64,000 nt of DNA from the human T2T-CHM13v2.0 reference genome, Homo sapiens, in the NCBI RefSeq assembly GCF_009914755.1, contig NC_060934.1; one strand, written 5' to 3'. Position 1 is the first letter of the stretch, and every line of letters begins with the position of its first letter. The position numbers and the translations under genes were made by a program. Below are positions 42,401 through 55,375 of the stretch, piece after piece. The notes beneath the pieces were generated by a model. The model saw only the letters and a list, made by a program, of their open reading frames with translations. It made no database searches and was not told the origin of the DNA.

Positions 42401-43196
42401 AGGAGAACCGTCTCATGGGCAGACCTGGCCTGCAGCCAAGACAGAAGCTGGATGCGCCTCCCTCCGGACTCTTGACCCCACCAAATACGACGCCCATATA
42501 TGTCAACTGTGGCATTGGTGTTTGTCCCCCACACCCCTAAACCACAAGCCAATAAATTGCAGGGCACTCAGACATCAGGATGTGTCCTTCACTTGCCACC
42601 AGACCTGAGCTGGCTACAGGCCAATGACAGCATAGGGCTGGCCCTGCCCGCCTCCCATCTGGCAGCAAGGATCCAGTTCCAGATTGTGACCTGTGGTTGA
42701 GTCTGGCACAGTGACCCAGGGCTCCAGCAGGCAAATCCCAGTCATAAAACCCTGGTCTGAACCAGCCACGTGATGGACCCCAGTTATCTCTTCCTAAATT
42801 GCAGCAGAGCTGATCTTCTTCCAGCTGAGCCAAGGGCCATCAGACAGGGACACGTTTACTTTTACTATCCTATTAAAGCATCCCAGAAAAAAAGAAACAG
42901 TCCCCATATCCTAGAGCAAGAAATAAGCAAATCATTATCTACAATGATATCCTTTAAGTCTAAGCTTGCCCAGAAGGTGCTGCACATTTGGAGACCAGGC
43001 TATGGCTCCCCTCTCTGAATTCTTTTGAAACCGCAGGGACTGTTACAGGCGCCTCCAAGACTCTGGAGCCACAGCTTGCCTAGCGCAGCTTCCCCCTCCC
43101 GGCAAAGCCCTCCCTGACAACCCTACCCACAGTAATCTCAACTTTCATGAACCTTTTCTCTCCCCATAGGGTGAACACATAAAGACACACACGTGC

Positions 43197-43500
43197 AGCC
43201 GGGCACGGTGGCTCACACCTGTAATCCCAGCACTTTGGGAGGCGGAGGTGGGCAGATCACCTGAGGTCAGGAGTTCGAGACCAGCCTGGCCAACATGGTG
43301 AAATCCTGTCTCTACTAAAAATACAAAAAAAAAAAAAAAATAGCCGGAGGTAGTGGCGGGCGCCTGTAATCCCAGCTACTTGGGAGGCTAAGGCAGGAGA
43401 ATCTCGAACCTGGAAGGGGGAGGTTCCAGTGAGCTGAGATCATGCCACTGCACTCCAGCCTGGGCAACAGAGTGAGACTCCATCTCAAAAAAAAAAAAAA
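43197..43500 (+). mobile_element. AluSx-like element with an expanded middle A-tract
   Basis: Full Alu with A16 linker; degenerate TSD aagacacacacgtg / aagatacacatgtg. Confidence 0.95.
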
Positions 43501-43861
43501 GATACACATGTGTATGCACATACACACGCGTGCACACACACACATACACACAGCGTGTACATGTTATTTCTCCAATGAAAGCATATTTCCCTTAAGGGAT
43601 AGGACCAATCACTTATCTTTCCAGAGTCTAACTGAAAAATGGACCCAACATCCTTGAATTAATAAATAAATGAACAAATAAATTTGTTGATGGACTGGTC
43701 AGTTGATAATGTCAAGGAACTCCCTGCAACAGCCTACACAGGTTCACCCTCCTCCAAAATCATACCTTTCCAAGTCCAAGGAAATGCTCAATTCAATCAT
43801 GCTGTTTTAGAAATAAAGTAATGAATGATATTAACAATTGTTTAGAAACTAACAGGTGCCT

Positions 43862-44345
<484 letters not shown>

Positions 44346-45339
44346 ACTCAGGGCCAGATCCCTGGCACAAAGTGCCTACCCTGCATTGCCTTCAGCTAAC
44401 GTGCCAAGCAGACAGTTCCCATCCTTCAATTTTATTTAATCAAAGCAAAGAATTCATAAGAATCTGCCCATGTTCATTATTCAGGCAGATTAAATATTTG
44501 ATAGCCCTGTAGTTTAATTTTTTATGGCTCAGAGATTGGAGTGAAGTGCTCCCTGGGAAGCCACACTGTCCCTGGGACAGGGCAGCAGCTGGCCAAGGAG
44601 GCCAGAGGCCGAGGCTCCACAGGGCTCTGCTCAGCACCCACGTGCATCTGTCCTGACTCCAGTAAGCTGCTCATGCTGGGTCCCAGGGCCAAAGGTTACA
44701 GACGCTTTGTAAGTTTGCAAGAGAATCTACAAAAAGGAAAGAAGGGCTGTGGGGACAGGAGGCTTAGGGCATCACAAAATCAGAAAGGAACCCAGATGAA
44801 CCAAAACATCCAGGTCCCAGGAAGGGGAGGCAGCCTCCTCCTTCTGTCTCTGACCACGCAGCAGAAACAAAGCTTTTGGACAAATGCATGAGACGGCATA
44901 AGGGCAGGATCAACTTGTCCATCTCTCTGCCAACTAAAGCACCACAGGGCCATTTGGGACCTTTTGCCTGCCCCTTCCAGCCACATGTAACCTTCACAGT
45001 CACTACATATTCCTCCCAGTTCACTGTCTCCCTGCAGAAGCTTGAAAGTCCACAGAGAACAAGAAGAGCTGGGAGCCAAGAGTCCTTCACAGCCTCAATC
45101 TGTTCTCCTCTGGCCTAAAGAAGCTCTCTTTCCTAGTCCTTTTCTTATCTTCAAAATGAAATTCCAGCAGTTTTTGTCTCAGCTACCCCAAAATGCCCAA
45201 ATGTCATGCAGCATGATTTCAATCCCTGAACTGCTCCAACCCACCCCGATGCCCCCAAGTCTCTCTCTTGCTCTCCTTCCCTCCTTTCCTCCTTCCCTTT
45301 CTCCCTCCTTCCCTTCTTCTCTCCCCCATCCTTCCTCTC

Positions 45340-45355
45340 TTCTCTCTCTCTCTCT

Positions 45356-45406
<51 letters not shown>
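45340..45406 (+). repeat. (TC)n(CA)n compound microsatellite after a pyrimidine tract
   Basis: About 23 CA units, seen directly. Confidence 0.95.
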
Positions 45407-45408
<2 letters not shown>

Positions 45409-46814
45409 CTTGTTCTTCTGTGCCTACCATAGAACAAGACCTAATATCTAAGAATTTCACTGGTACCCAGTCAACATCCAACCAATTAATTTGTTCAAGG
45501 GTTTAGAGGGGCCAGGAGAGGAGACTTTTTCACTCCAGCAGCCCACGGAGATTTCTGTTTTAATTTCTTTTTAATTGGCAGCGCCACTAACAGCATATCA
45601 GAAATCTCTCTGCTCCGACCCTTCTCCTCTCCTCTGTTCTCTTCAACTTTTACAAGGGAAGGACATCCGGCAGTTTTCTGGAAAAATAGAGACATGTCAC
45701 AGCAGAGCCCAGCTCCTTTTTCCTGCCATCCCTATTCATCACCAGCCTCCTGAGGAGCCGGGGTGGTGACACAGGCTCTCACTTCATCCATGTGGGGCTC
45801 ATCGGGGCAGGTGACGAGGAGAAAGGCATGCGCCACTCCCCCCAGAGATGGGGCCTGTCGCCTCCTGGGAAAACTGGGGTGGAGGGCTCTCTTCCCCGAT
45901 CACCTGGCTCTATCTTGCTCTACAGACACCTCACTGGGCCCTCAGTACTCTCATGAGAAGAGAGCAGACTTCCAGCCACCCCTGCTTGCCACTCCAGGCC
46001 TCTCTGCTGATGGGTGTATGGCCACGGGACACTGGAAATAACAGGAGTGTGTGGTGAGGGAGAACTGTTTGCCCATTTTCCACATTCAAGAACCTGGTGA
46101 AAAGATGAGCAAGGATTATCTCCACACTGGAACCATTCATGCTGCAAAAACAGCACTGAGACATTGAAGGGGAGGAGGCAATTTATTTGCTGTCTTGACA
46201 CTGTCGCCCAAGCAATTCTCATCGTGACAAAAGAACACTCTGGACAATCACTGCCCCTCCTCTTTCAGGAAACCACACTGAGTTTTCATGACTTGCAGGT
46301 GACATTTTAATAAGGAATCAACATGGAACCACAGGGGAAGTAAGCTGAGGCCAGGATCTAGGAGGACCAGGGTGGGAGGGGCCAAAAATGGCACTCAGGA
46401 AACAAAGTCACCTACGGTGCAAAGGCTCTTTGTGCCTGCAAGTCTGGCACCGTGGGATTTCTGGCTTTTTTCTCCTCTCTCATTTACTATTTGGGCAGAG
46501 GGGAAGTATTTTCCAGAAAGGACAAAGTAGAAGCAGCCTCAGTAAAGAGCTCTCTAGAAACTTCTCCTATTCAGTTGGTGTTTTACAAAGTGCAAAGCAC
46601 TGCAGGCACCTCCATTCACTTATCCCGTTACGTGGGTGTCGTTATCTACATCTTATAGGCAAGGAAAATGATGTGCCCAAGGTCACAGAGCTACTGAAAG
46701 AAGGAAGGAGAAATCAGACATTTCTGTGCCACCTCCTTATAGAAGTTGCCGTCCCCCATCATAATCCAATTAATGGTAAAAATCACAACTGAGGCTAGAT
46801 ATGCAGTAACTCCT

Positions 46815-46995
46815 TGTGCTCTGCACAGTGCTAAGCACTTTACATCAGTTGTCTCCTATTTTAATCCTCATACTAATGCCAGGAGAGAGGTGTTATCACT
46901 CTCATTTGTCAGATGGGGAAATCAAGGCTCTGGGCCATCAGTCACTTGTCCCAGGCCACAGAAGCAGCAGGAGCAGAACCAGGATTCAAACTGTG
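46815..46995 (-). mobile_element. MIR SINE
   Basis: cacagtgctaagcactttacat...tttaatcctcatac...tcagatggggaaatcaaggctc...cagaaccaggattcaaac. Confidence 0.82.
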
Positions 46996-47015
46996 TGCCC
47001 CTGCCTGTGTATCTC

Positions 47016-47202
47016 CATGGTTCTCAATCTTGCCTATCATCAGCATCACCTGGACAAATGGTCCAAACAAGACATGCTGGGCCCCACCCAAAGAGTCGCT
47101 AAGTCAGTGGGGCTGAAAGCAAGCCTAAGAATCTGCATCGCCAACAACTTCCCAAGTGAGGCTCTTACTGCTGATATGAAAACTCCACTTTGAGAACCTC
47201 TG
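47016..47202. mobile_element. MER5A hAT MITE
   Basis: catggttctcaatcttg...catcacctgg...tgctgggccccacc...aagaatctgcat...cactttgagaacctctg. Confidence 0.85.
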
Positions 47203-47529
47203 CTCTGTCTAGCCTGCCTCTTGTCACCCACAAGCTAATGTGAGCATCCTGTTAGACAAGTAATGGAACAAGATGTGCAAAATGTGGCTGCAGGAAGTTC
47301 ACTTCCTGATGCACAAAATCGCTCCAAGAAATCACACACCATCCAGAAACACTTAAGCATCATCTGCATTAAACATCAACTAAGGGATGTTCTAAGCCAA
47401 TTTACTCTAAGACTCACTCTCTCCTTCTTCTGAACCTCCTCTGCTGAAAGTGACCATCTTCCAGCCAGCCCACCTCATGATCATTAAAATACAGCTGTGG
47501 AGACATAGGGAGCACTTCTGAATGAGCAA

Positions 47530-47730
47530 CCCCCATCAGTGTCCACTCCCACGTGTGTATTTGTATGCCCATCATGCACCATATGGTGCTCATATTACAT
47601 ACGCAATAAAGTGCACACAGATGTAATCATTTTAAAGAGTGATAAACGTAAATAGAAATAGATGTCTTAACATTTTCTTCCCCTATTCCAAAGGATAGTT
47701 TTGTGCATCCCACTTTGGAGGCTGCTGGTC
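47530..47730. mobile_element. hAT-Charlie relic (MER112/113-like, uncertain)
   Basis: aacattttcttcccctattccaaaggatagttttgtgcatcccactttggaggctgctg terminus. Confidence 0.45.
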
Positions 47731-48213
47731 TAGAATTCACTGTTCCCGTTTCTAATTTCTGATCATTAGAATTTGGCAACCACCCCCTGCCCCTGCAGGC
47801 TGACCGAGCGTGTCTGAAGAGTTGCTGTGCTCTGTGGTTCGAGGAAAAGCCGTTTCCTTTCTGTTAGCAAGCCCCTAGAGAACACAGGCTGACCCTCCAA
47901 GACTTGCCCAGCACAAGCTCTGTAAGTAAGGATGGCTCAGCCAAAGCTTCTTGACTGTGGGGGTCTTTTCTCCAAAAGAGAATAAGAAGCATCTCAGAGC
48001 CCATAGAGAAGACAGTGGCTGTCTCTAAAAGCTTTTGACCTAACAAGCAAGAGCAGGAGACTGAGCCCTCACTTCTAAAGCAGCAGGAGGAGAGGGAACT
48101 GGATCAGGGTCAGAGAGCAGGCCTTGGGATCAGCCTCCACCAATAACCATGGGTGAGACTGGGACCACACTGTGTCCCCCAAGGACCAATGTCCTTGCTT
48201 GTCAAATGAGATA

Positions 48214-48301
48214 TAGGGTGACCAACCAGTATTGTGGGGCCTCCCAGAATGCCAGAGTTTAGTGCCAAAACTGAAACACACTAGAATGTTTGGTCACCCT
48301 A
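48214..48301. mobile_element. MER81-like hAT-Blackjack MITE
   Basis: Perfect 12-bp terminal inverted repeats tagggtgaccaa / ttggtcacccta. Confidence 0.85.
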
Positions 48302-48654
48302 GCTGTGGACCAGGTACCGGGCTCTGGGCAACTATAAGTGTTTATCAGCCCTACCCTGACCTCTGCTGTAAGGTATCCTAGGAGAGCCTGAGGGAGCTGG
48401 AGGCCATTCCCTGCTCACTAGGGTGTTGCAATCCTAACAAGATAGAGATAATGATAAGCCATGCCAAGTCAAATGTCAATACCAGGTCAAAACAGAAGCT
48501 GGAAAGAGGACATAATGTAGGCTGCCGTGGCCAGGACAGACCTTCAGGAGGAGGGCAGGGTGCAGGAGGAGGCAGATTAAGCACACACTGAAGTATTCTT
48601 TCCTCAACCTCACCTCATCTCCTCCCTCCCCTTCCCCACCACCAAGTAGAGCAG

Positions 48655-48895
48655 GACCGCAGAGAATGAACTTAGGCTCTGGAGTCTTCCTGTTTGATTC
48701 CAAATCTGGTGCTACACTTTTCCTTTTGGAGTGATCTCGGGACCATTACTCAAACTGCATAGCTGAGGTATTGTTTTCTTTAAAATGGAGCCAATTATAC
48801 CCCACTTTCCAGGGTTGTTCTAAAGATTCAATGAAGTAATGCACACAGAACACTTTGAAATTGTGGCTGAGAGCACAAGCTCTATAAATATTGGC
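48655..48895 (+). mobile_element. MIR SINE
   Basis: ggctctggagtc...taaaatggag...cagggttgttctaaagattcaatgaagtaatgc...ctataaatatt. Confidence 0.8.
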
Positions 48896-50154
48896 TGTTC
48901 TTAACCTCTCTTGACCCTTTTCAATCTGTTCGTGAATCTAAGGTATTTTCAAAGAACAGTGAGCTCTCCATGAGAATGAGCTATCCTGAATATTTCTGTT
49001 ATTAATGATGGGTACAGCCGGCTTAGTTCTGCTTCTATCTGTCACTCCTGAAGCCAGGGAGGATGAGAGGGTGTGTGGAGAGAAAGTCACAGGGAAGCCA
49101 GCCCTGGCCCCGGGCAAAGCCCAAGGGTTTCTCCTGGCCCTGTGCATAATAAGAAGCAGCTTCCTCTGTCTCCATTTCCAGCTCCTAGCCCCAAGCAGGC
49201 AAGTCATGGAGGGGTTTCCCTTCCTCCCTAGTCCCCCAGGTTCTGAAGAAAGAAAGGTTCAGAGGCCTTCTCCCTCTGCAGAAAGGGTATGTCACCTCAG
49301 GCCATGACAAGTCCCCAGCTAAGCATCCGCTCAGGACCACTTAAAGCTCTTGAAAATGAGCTGTCTTAGCTCATGGCAGGTTTCAAGAATCCCTGCAGGA
49401 TGAAATACCAGCAGTGTTCCCCATAAACTCAGTCAGCGATGTTGATGGTAGGAACCAGGAAAGGTACCGTCCTGCCTAACTTTCTCTCCATCCAGCTCAG
49501 CCCTAGAACTCAACACATATAGTAGAATCTAGATGAGTAAACCCCCACACAGACTTGGCCCTGAAATTCCACCATTAGGCATTCACTTCTTTGATATGAA
49601 CTTCTTTTCTGTAGGTAATACATTTTTTTTTGGTTGCCTGGTATGTCAACTGGAACACACTTAAATGAAGAAGACCAAGATTCACCTCAGCCTCTCCCCT
49701 TAGAAATCTCGCAAGTCAACTGGGGAAAACAAGCCACACAGAAGTGTAATACACAAAAAGAAGTGTATACTTCTTCAAAAAGTATATACTTTTGGTGCAA
49801 TACACAGAAAGAGAGAGAAGTGCAATACAAAAGAGAGAGAGAGACACTATCACACTTGCCCTCAAAGGGATACCCCCAACAACACTGCACATTCCCCTTA
49901 CCACACCCCCATTGCACCTTCAACACAATATCCCAATAAAAGTAATTAGATTAAATGGTCATTGTTTGTCATGGGCAATTCTCTCACTGTACTGTGAGTT
50001 CCTTGAGGCAATTTTTCTCTTTTTATCCCCAAAATTTCGTGCATGGGACAGAGTAAGTAGTCAATGAAGATTTTTAAAAATTGTTAATTAAGGAATATTT
50101 TAATAAAAGTAAAATGGAAATGCAAGACATTTTGAGAAGGGCACCAGCTTAAGC

Positions 50155-50331
50155 CAGTGGTCCTCAGAGATGGCCCTGGACCTGCAACATCACCTGGGGA
50201 TGTGTAAGAAATGCAAAGTTGTCCCTACCCCAGAACTACAAAGTCAGGAGTCCCCAGGTTGGGCTGGTACTGTGCGTTTTAACAAGGCCATCCAGGTGAT
50301 GCTAATGCCCACTCAAGTTTGAGAACCAATG
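50155..50331. mobile_element. MER5A hAT MITE
   Basis: cagtggtcctca...catcacctggg...agaaatgcaaa...ttttaacaaggccatccaggtgat...aagtttgagaaccaatg. Confidence 0.85.
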
Positions 50332-51496
50332 ACTTCATTCAGCCTTTATCATCAGACACCTTCTGCAATATGGGTTAACTGTCCTCAACTCTGTGAATAT
50401 AGGCATATATTCATTCAATATATGCCTATTAATAAGCACCCATGCAGCAAAGGCCAGGTGGAGCCAGCCCTGGTCATTAGGTGGCCCAACGATGTCGACA
50501 AGATGGCAGACAACATGGTGAGTCCCTAAGCAGTTACTCCCAAAGACCCTCAAAGGCTGTTCTGAGCCAACAGGAAGAAAGGCCACCAAGTTGTGGCTGT
50601 GGCCAGCTGACTGCCCTTTAGGAGGAGCTGTGAGGATGAGATTTCCTAGCAGGAAGCTGCTCTGGGGAAGGGGGATGGCATCCTGACACCTGGGAGCAAC
50701 AGCCTGGACCATGGATTGGGAGGCGGAGGGAATGGGGCAGGGCAGTGGGCCACCCACCTTGTGCCATTGGCTGCCGGACCCTGAGCACTGACTGGTTTGG
50801 AGCCTGGTGTCTGGGCTGGTAAGGAAGCAAAGGTGAAAGGGGTGTGGGATAAGGCAAGGTGAGGGAGCAGCTGAGCCAGCATCCCCTTCTGATCTGTTGA
50901 TAGGCTCCACATCTAGGCCTCTTCTAAACAAAAAGGCTGAGCTGCCGGCTCAGCAGCAGCTCTGTGGGTGCACAGCCCTGCCCATCATTTCCCCCTGTAT
51001 TAGGAACAACCGCCCAACTCTGGCCCCTGGGGCAGGCCCAGAGCCCAGGGGTGACGAGGAGACAGCACCTCAGCCCTGGAAGGTACCATGTCCAAGTGCT
51101 CCTCAGCCAGGGCAGCCATGTTCTCTGGAAACCAGTAGAAGTGCAGAGGACACTCTGTTCCCCAATCAGGGGCAAAGTTGCCACAACTTCTCCAGACTTG
51201 GTTTTCCAGGGCCATAGGTCACCTGCTGACACTTCATTTAAACCATTCTCCTGTTATAAAAAGGGACAGTTTGGCCAACCTCTCAACTTACAGGCCCTTT
51301 AGCCCAGTGTGGCTAGCCGGCTCTTCCCAGGCACCCACAGGCCAGGAGCTAGGAATGCCTGCTCCACTCAAGGCCCACCTGCCCCTTCCCATCTTCCCCC
51401 TCTAGGCAGAGGGGGTCATAAGGGTTGCAGGAGCCTCAGACAGGGGTAGATGACCCCAGGGCCTACCTGTGATCTCAGGGCGATGGGTAGAGCTCA

Positions 51497-52043
51497 CAGG
51501 GCTGACAGACAAAAGATAGGGTGCCAGTTACATTTGAAATTCAGAATAAACAAGAAATAATTTTTTAGCATAAGTATGTCTCAAATATTGCATAGGGCAT
51601 ACTTAAACTAAAAACTAAAAACCAAAAACCTATCTTGCTTATCTGAAATTCAAATGTAACTGGACAACCTTATTTTCTTTTTATTTATTTATTTTTTATT
51701 ATTTATTTATTTTTTTTGAGATGGAGTCTCACTCTTGTCGCCCAGGCTGGAGTGGAGTGGCACGATCTTGGCTGACTGCAACCTCTGCCTCCCAGGTTCA
51801 AGCAATTCTCCTGCCTTAGTCTCCCTGGTAGCTGGAATTACAGGCACCCGCTACCATACCCGGCTAATTTTGTTTGTATTTTTAGTAGAGACAGGGTTTC
51901 ACCACATTGACCAGGTTGACCTCGAACTCCTGACCTCAGGTGATCCGCCTGCCTCAGCCTCCCAAAGTGCTGGGATTACAGGCGTGAGCCACCGCGCCTG
52001 GCCTGGACAACCTTATTTTCATTTGCTGAATCTACCATCCTTA
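51497..52043. mobile_element. MER53 palindromic hAT MITE, interrupted by an Alu near one end
   Basis: ccagttacatttgaaattcagaataaacaa...ttttagcataagtatgtctcaaatattgcat...tatctgaaattcaaatgtaactgg. Confidence 0.88.
51678..52003 (-). mobile_element. AluS element
   Basis: Full antisense Alu; perfect 17-bp TSD tggacaaccttattttc (51661-51677 / 52004-52020). Confidence 0.96.
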
Positions 52044-52328
52044 CTCTATCAGCAAGCCCAGAATAGGAAAACCTGGTTTTTCCAAAGCAGAGCTTAATAT
52101 CACAAGAGAAAGAGCCTTGAAAATACTATAGAGTAAGGCCTCATTCACATGGGTGAGGTTGATAATTTACTTCACAGGTGAGATGACAGTATCAAGGTTC
52201 TGTCTGGCCTCTGGCCTCTGGTCAATTGATTCAAACTTTGGATCCCAGCTCTGGTGCAGCTGTGCTGCCTAACCTCAGCAAGTCACTCCCCCTTCCTGGT
52301 GGTCAGTTGTCTCATCTTCAGGTTAGGA

Positions 52329-52511
52329 CAGAGTTTCTCAACCCCGGCACTGTTGACATTTTGGTCCAGATTACTCTTTATTGAGGAGGGTTATCCTGTG
52401 TATTATAAGATGAGCAGTGTCCCTGGCCGCTACGCACCGGATGCCAGCAGCACCCACCCCAATTTGCCAATGTCTCATGGGAGGCAAAATCATGCCTGGT
52501 TGAGAACCACG
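52329..52511 (+). mobile_element. MER20 hAT MITE, inserted in a MIR fragment
   Basis: tttctcaaccccggcactgttgacattttgg...gatgccagcagcacc...gggaggcaaaatc...ggttgagaaccac. Confidence 0.9.
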
Positions 52512-52904
52512 GGGTTAAATGACCCTATATCCTAATATCTAGGGCTCCCACCACTTTTAACAGTCGAGAATTATTGGGTTTACACATGAATTTGTGGCAA
52601 AGATTCCTCTTAAATATCCAACTCCCATAATGAATCTAACAGGAGATGTGAATGACCAGGGTTTGATTACATGTAAACTTTTTAAAAATGTATCCTCTAC
52701 CTCACTCCCCTCAACCTCATTCCAGCATTCAGAAATTGACCTAGCCTGATTCCAGCAAGTGGCTCCAGCTCTTTGATGGCCTTACAGACAGCAATGACTT
52801 AATAATACTAAAAAATAAAATTATCATCACCCTGATTGAAGGGAATGATTTACTGGAACTTCTTGGGCAAACAGTTTTTGCTAGTTTAATATTAATATGA
52901 CTAC

Positions 52905-53060
52905 TACTAACGATAGAGTGTGTAGAGTGCCTACAACACGCTAAGACCACACTAGGTTATGTCATTTAATCTTCACAATAGACCTAGGAGGTTGGTGCTG
53001 TGCTTATTCACATTTAGCAGTTGAAAAGAAATTAGGCAGTTTGCCTAAAGTCACAGACTC
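52905..53060 (-). mobile_element. MIR SINE
   Basis: gagtgcctac...tcatttaatcttcacaata...ttgcctaaagtcacag. Confidence 0.65.
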
Positions 53061-54076
53061 TGCCTGTGCTCTTTCCAACACAGAAACAGTCTATTTACAT
53101 ACAGCTCTCACAGGAGTAGGGAAATTCATTCCTCCCTGGGCCTCCATTCCAGGTAAATACTCACAGTCTTTCATCTCCAGGACCGAAATCTCTAGGACCA
53201 CACAGAACCCCAGTCCTTATAGGGCTGCCACGTACAGACAACACACTGGCTTGTAAATGTATCTTGACCTTGCTTTTACCTTGAACCACTCTTTGTAACT
53301 CCAGGGCCTACTGTAGGAGCCCTAATCAGCCCTACTGTAGGAGCCAGGCCCACATCAGGCACTCCCTCAATAAATGGTTGCTAAATAACTCAGTGTTCCC
53401 CCATTTCAAAGATGGAGACACTGAGGTCCACCTCTTTCCGTGCAAGTCATTATCTAAAAGAAAACCAACGCTGGCTCTCAGGTTTTGTTTGTCCTGAATC
53501 CAAAATCCCCCACAGTGCTGATTCACTTTGTTTTCTTAACTTGCTCTTAAGATCCCACATTTCCTTTTGTATTATTAGTGGATGGAGAGTTGATTGGATT
53601 TGAGTGACCTGGTTGCCTGGTGGCCCAAAGGACTGGCCCAGGAGACCACTGAAGAGTTCTAGAGCCTGGATCTGGAACTGGGGCCTGGAAAATCGTGTGT
53701 CCGTGCCCTCAGTTACTAGGTCACCTTGAGTGGGGCTGCCACATTGTTCCATGGCCCAGTTTCCCCTCGGACAGCATGCTGAGTGAGATTCCCCCCACGG
53801 CGTGCTATTATTACCTGGCACACCAAGGAATTAGGCCACTGCTACAATGAGGCCACCCCGCCCTCCAAGATTCTTCAAAATTCTGCTCCTTAGAGCAGGA
53901 CAACAGGGCAATGTAGGGCAGTGGCTCCAATTTGCTGAGGACTGCAGGATGAAAGAGGGCATCTTGGGGTGACTGGGTGAACACTGTTCTGGGACACCCA
54001 GCTATGACAGAAGGGACCACAGAACAAAAGGGTGCAAACTGTGGGCCTCACCCTGGGGGGAAATGGGTTTAGAAGT

Positions 54077-54078
<2 letters not shown>

Positions 54079-54113
<35 letters not shown>
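54079..54113 (+). repeat. (CA)n microsatellite
   Basis: About 16 units. Confidence 0.95.
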
Positions 54114-54116
<3 letters not shown>

Positions 54117-54809
54117 ACATATACCACCAGGGAGTCTAATTTTAGTAGCCATTTGCCCCAGCAAAGCACTTTGCAAGTAGTTATTTTGAGAAATGGTATT
54201 AGCCATTCGGTTATTTTTAATGCCCCTTCTGTGACAGGCATTTGTGACATAAACAGCAGCTGAAAGACCATAAACCCATAGCCCTTAGATGTGTTCAGGG
54301 CCCAGGCAGCAGCCCCTTGGGATGTCCCAAGCCCAATTCAAATGGAGGGAATGGGCGAGCATCTTGTACGCCCTGCCGGTCCCGCCTCACTGCCTACTGC
54401 TCCGTTCACTGGGGATGGGCAGCAAGATTTGACTGAATGGGAAGCCCCTCTGGTCTGTGACAGCCAGTGTGCTAATGACAACCTTCAGTGCTTGCCGACA
54501 GAGTGCAGGTGAAAATCCACACTGCTAATGAAGGTCCCTCGTGGGCTGTCCCCAACCTGATGTTCTCAGACCCTGCTCCCAACACATGGCTTCCACACTC
54601 TCTGCCTTCCCACATCCTCCCCTCTGCTCAAGCTGACCTCTCATTTGGATCAGCCCACTCCTCATCTCTCATAACCCAGCCCCTGCTGATCTGCATGCTC
54701 TGATTCCCCATAATGAAAGAGCTGGATCACCTCCTTGGCCTTCTGCATCTAATAGCTTGAATTGTTGGCCACCTGTGTACTTGTATTTCTTATTGAAGCC
54801 ACTGCATTT

Positions 54810-55375
54810 ACTCTGTACTGAGGATGCACCAGGCATCATTCTAAGCCCTTAATGAAGTTCAGGGAACTTTCCTGAGGATCCTAGCTGGTATCATCATCAT
54901 CTAGATTTTCGAGATGATGAAATGGAGGTATAGGGAAGTTACCCAAGGCTTCTTTGCAAGTAGTGCTCTAAGCAAGACTACAGATGCAAGAGCCTCACGG
55001 TCTAGGTCTAACCCTGGTTCTGCACCTTGGAACCATGGACAAGTTCGTCAGTCTGTGCCTCAGTCTTTCCCTGAGTTCCTGTAAAGATTAAATGAGTTAA
55101 TGCTTATATGATCCCTTTACAGATGTCTGGCACATGACAGGCACTGTCTAAGAGTCCTCGCTTGTATGGGAGTGGAGAGGAGAGGCCAGAGTATTGTAAG
55201 GTAAGATGTATTAGTGCCTACAATGTGTTATGCAATGTACTAAAGCATTCTGCATGTATTATCATATTTAATGCTCATAATACCTTGTGAAATTTTACAA
55301 AGAAATTAAGCTTAGAGAAGTGAAATCATTCTCCTGTGGTCAAAGCCAGTGAATGGGGATTTGAACCAGGTAGCT
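54810..55375. mobile_element. Cluster of three MIR fragments in alternating orientation (-, +, -)
   Basis: gagatgatgaaatggaggtataggg (-); ctgtgcctcagt...gtaaagattaaatgagttaat (+); atcatatttaatgctcataatacc...ggatttgaacc (-). Confidence 0.7.

Noticed and set aside
43135-43175. Strong-looking 3' splice site ccttttctctccccatag
   Set aside because: Leads straight into a sense Alu with no paired donor. Such motifs are common by chance.
50335-50931. 198-aa minus-strand ORF and a nearby ATG|GTGAGT donor-like site (~50517)
   Set aside because: Pro/Ser/Leu-rich random-looking translation, and no convincing acceptor upstream of the donor.
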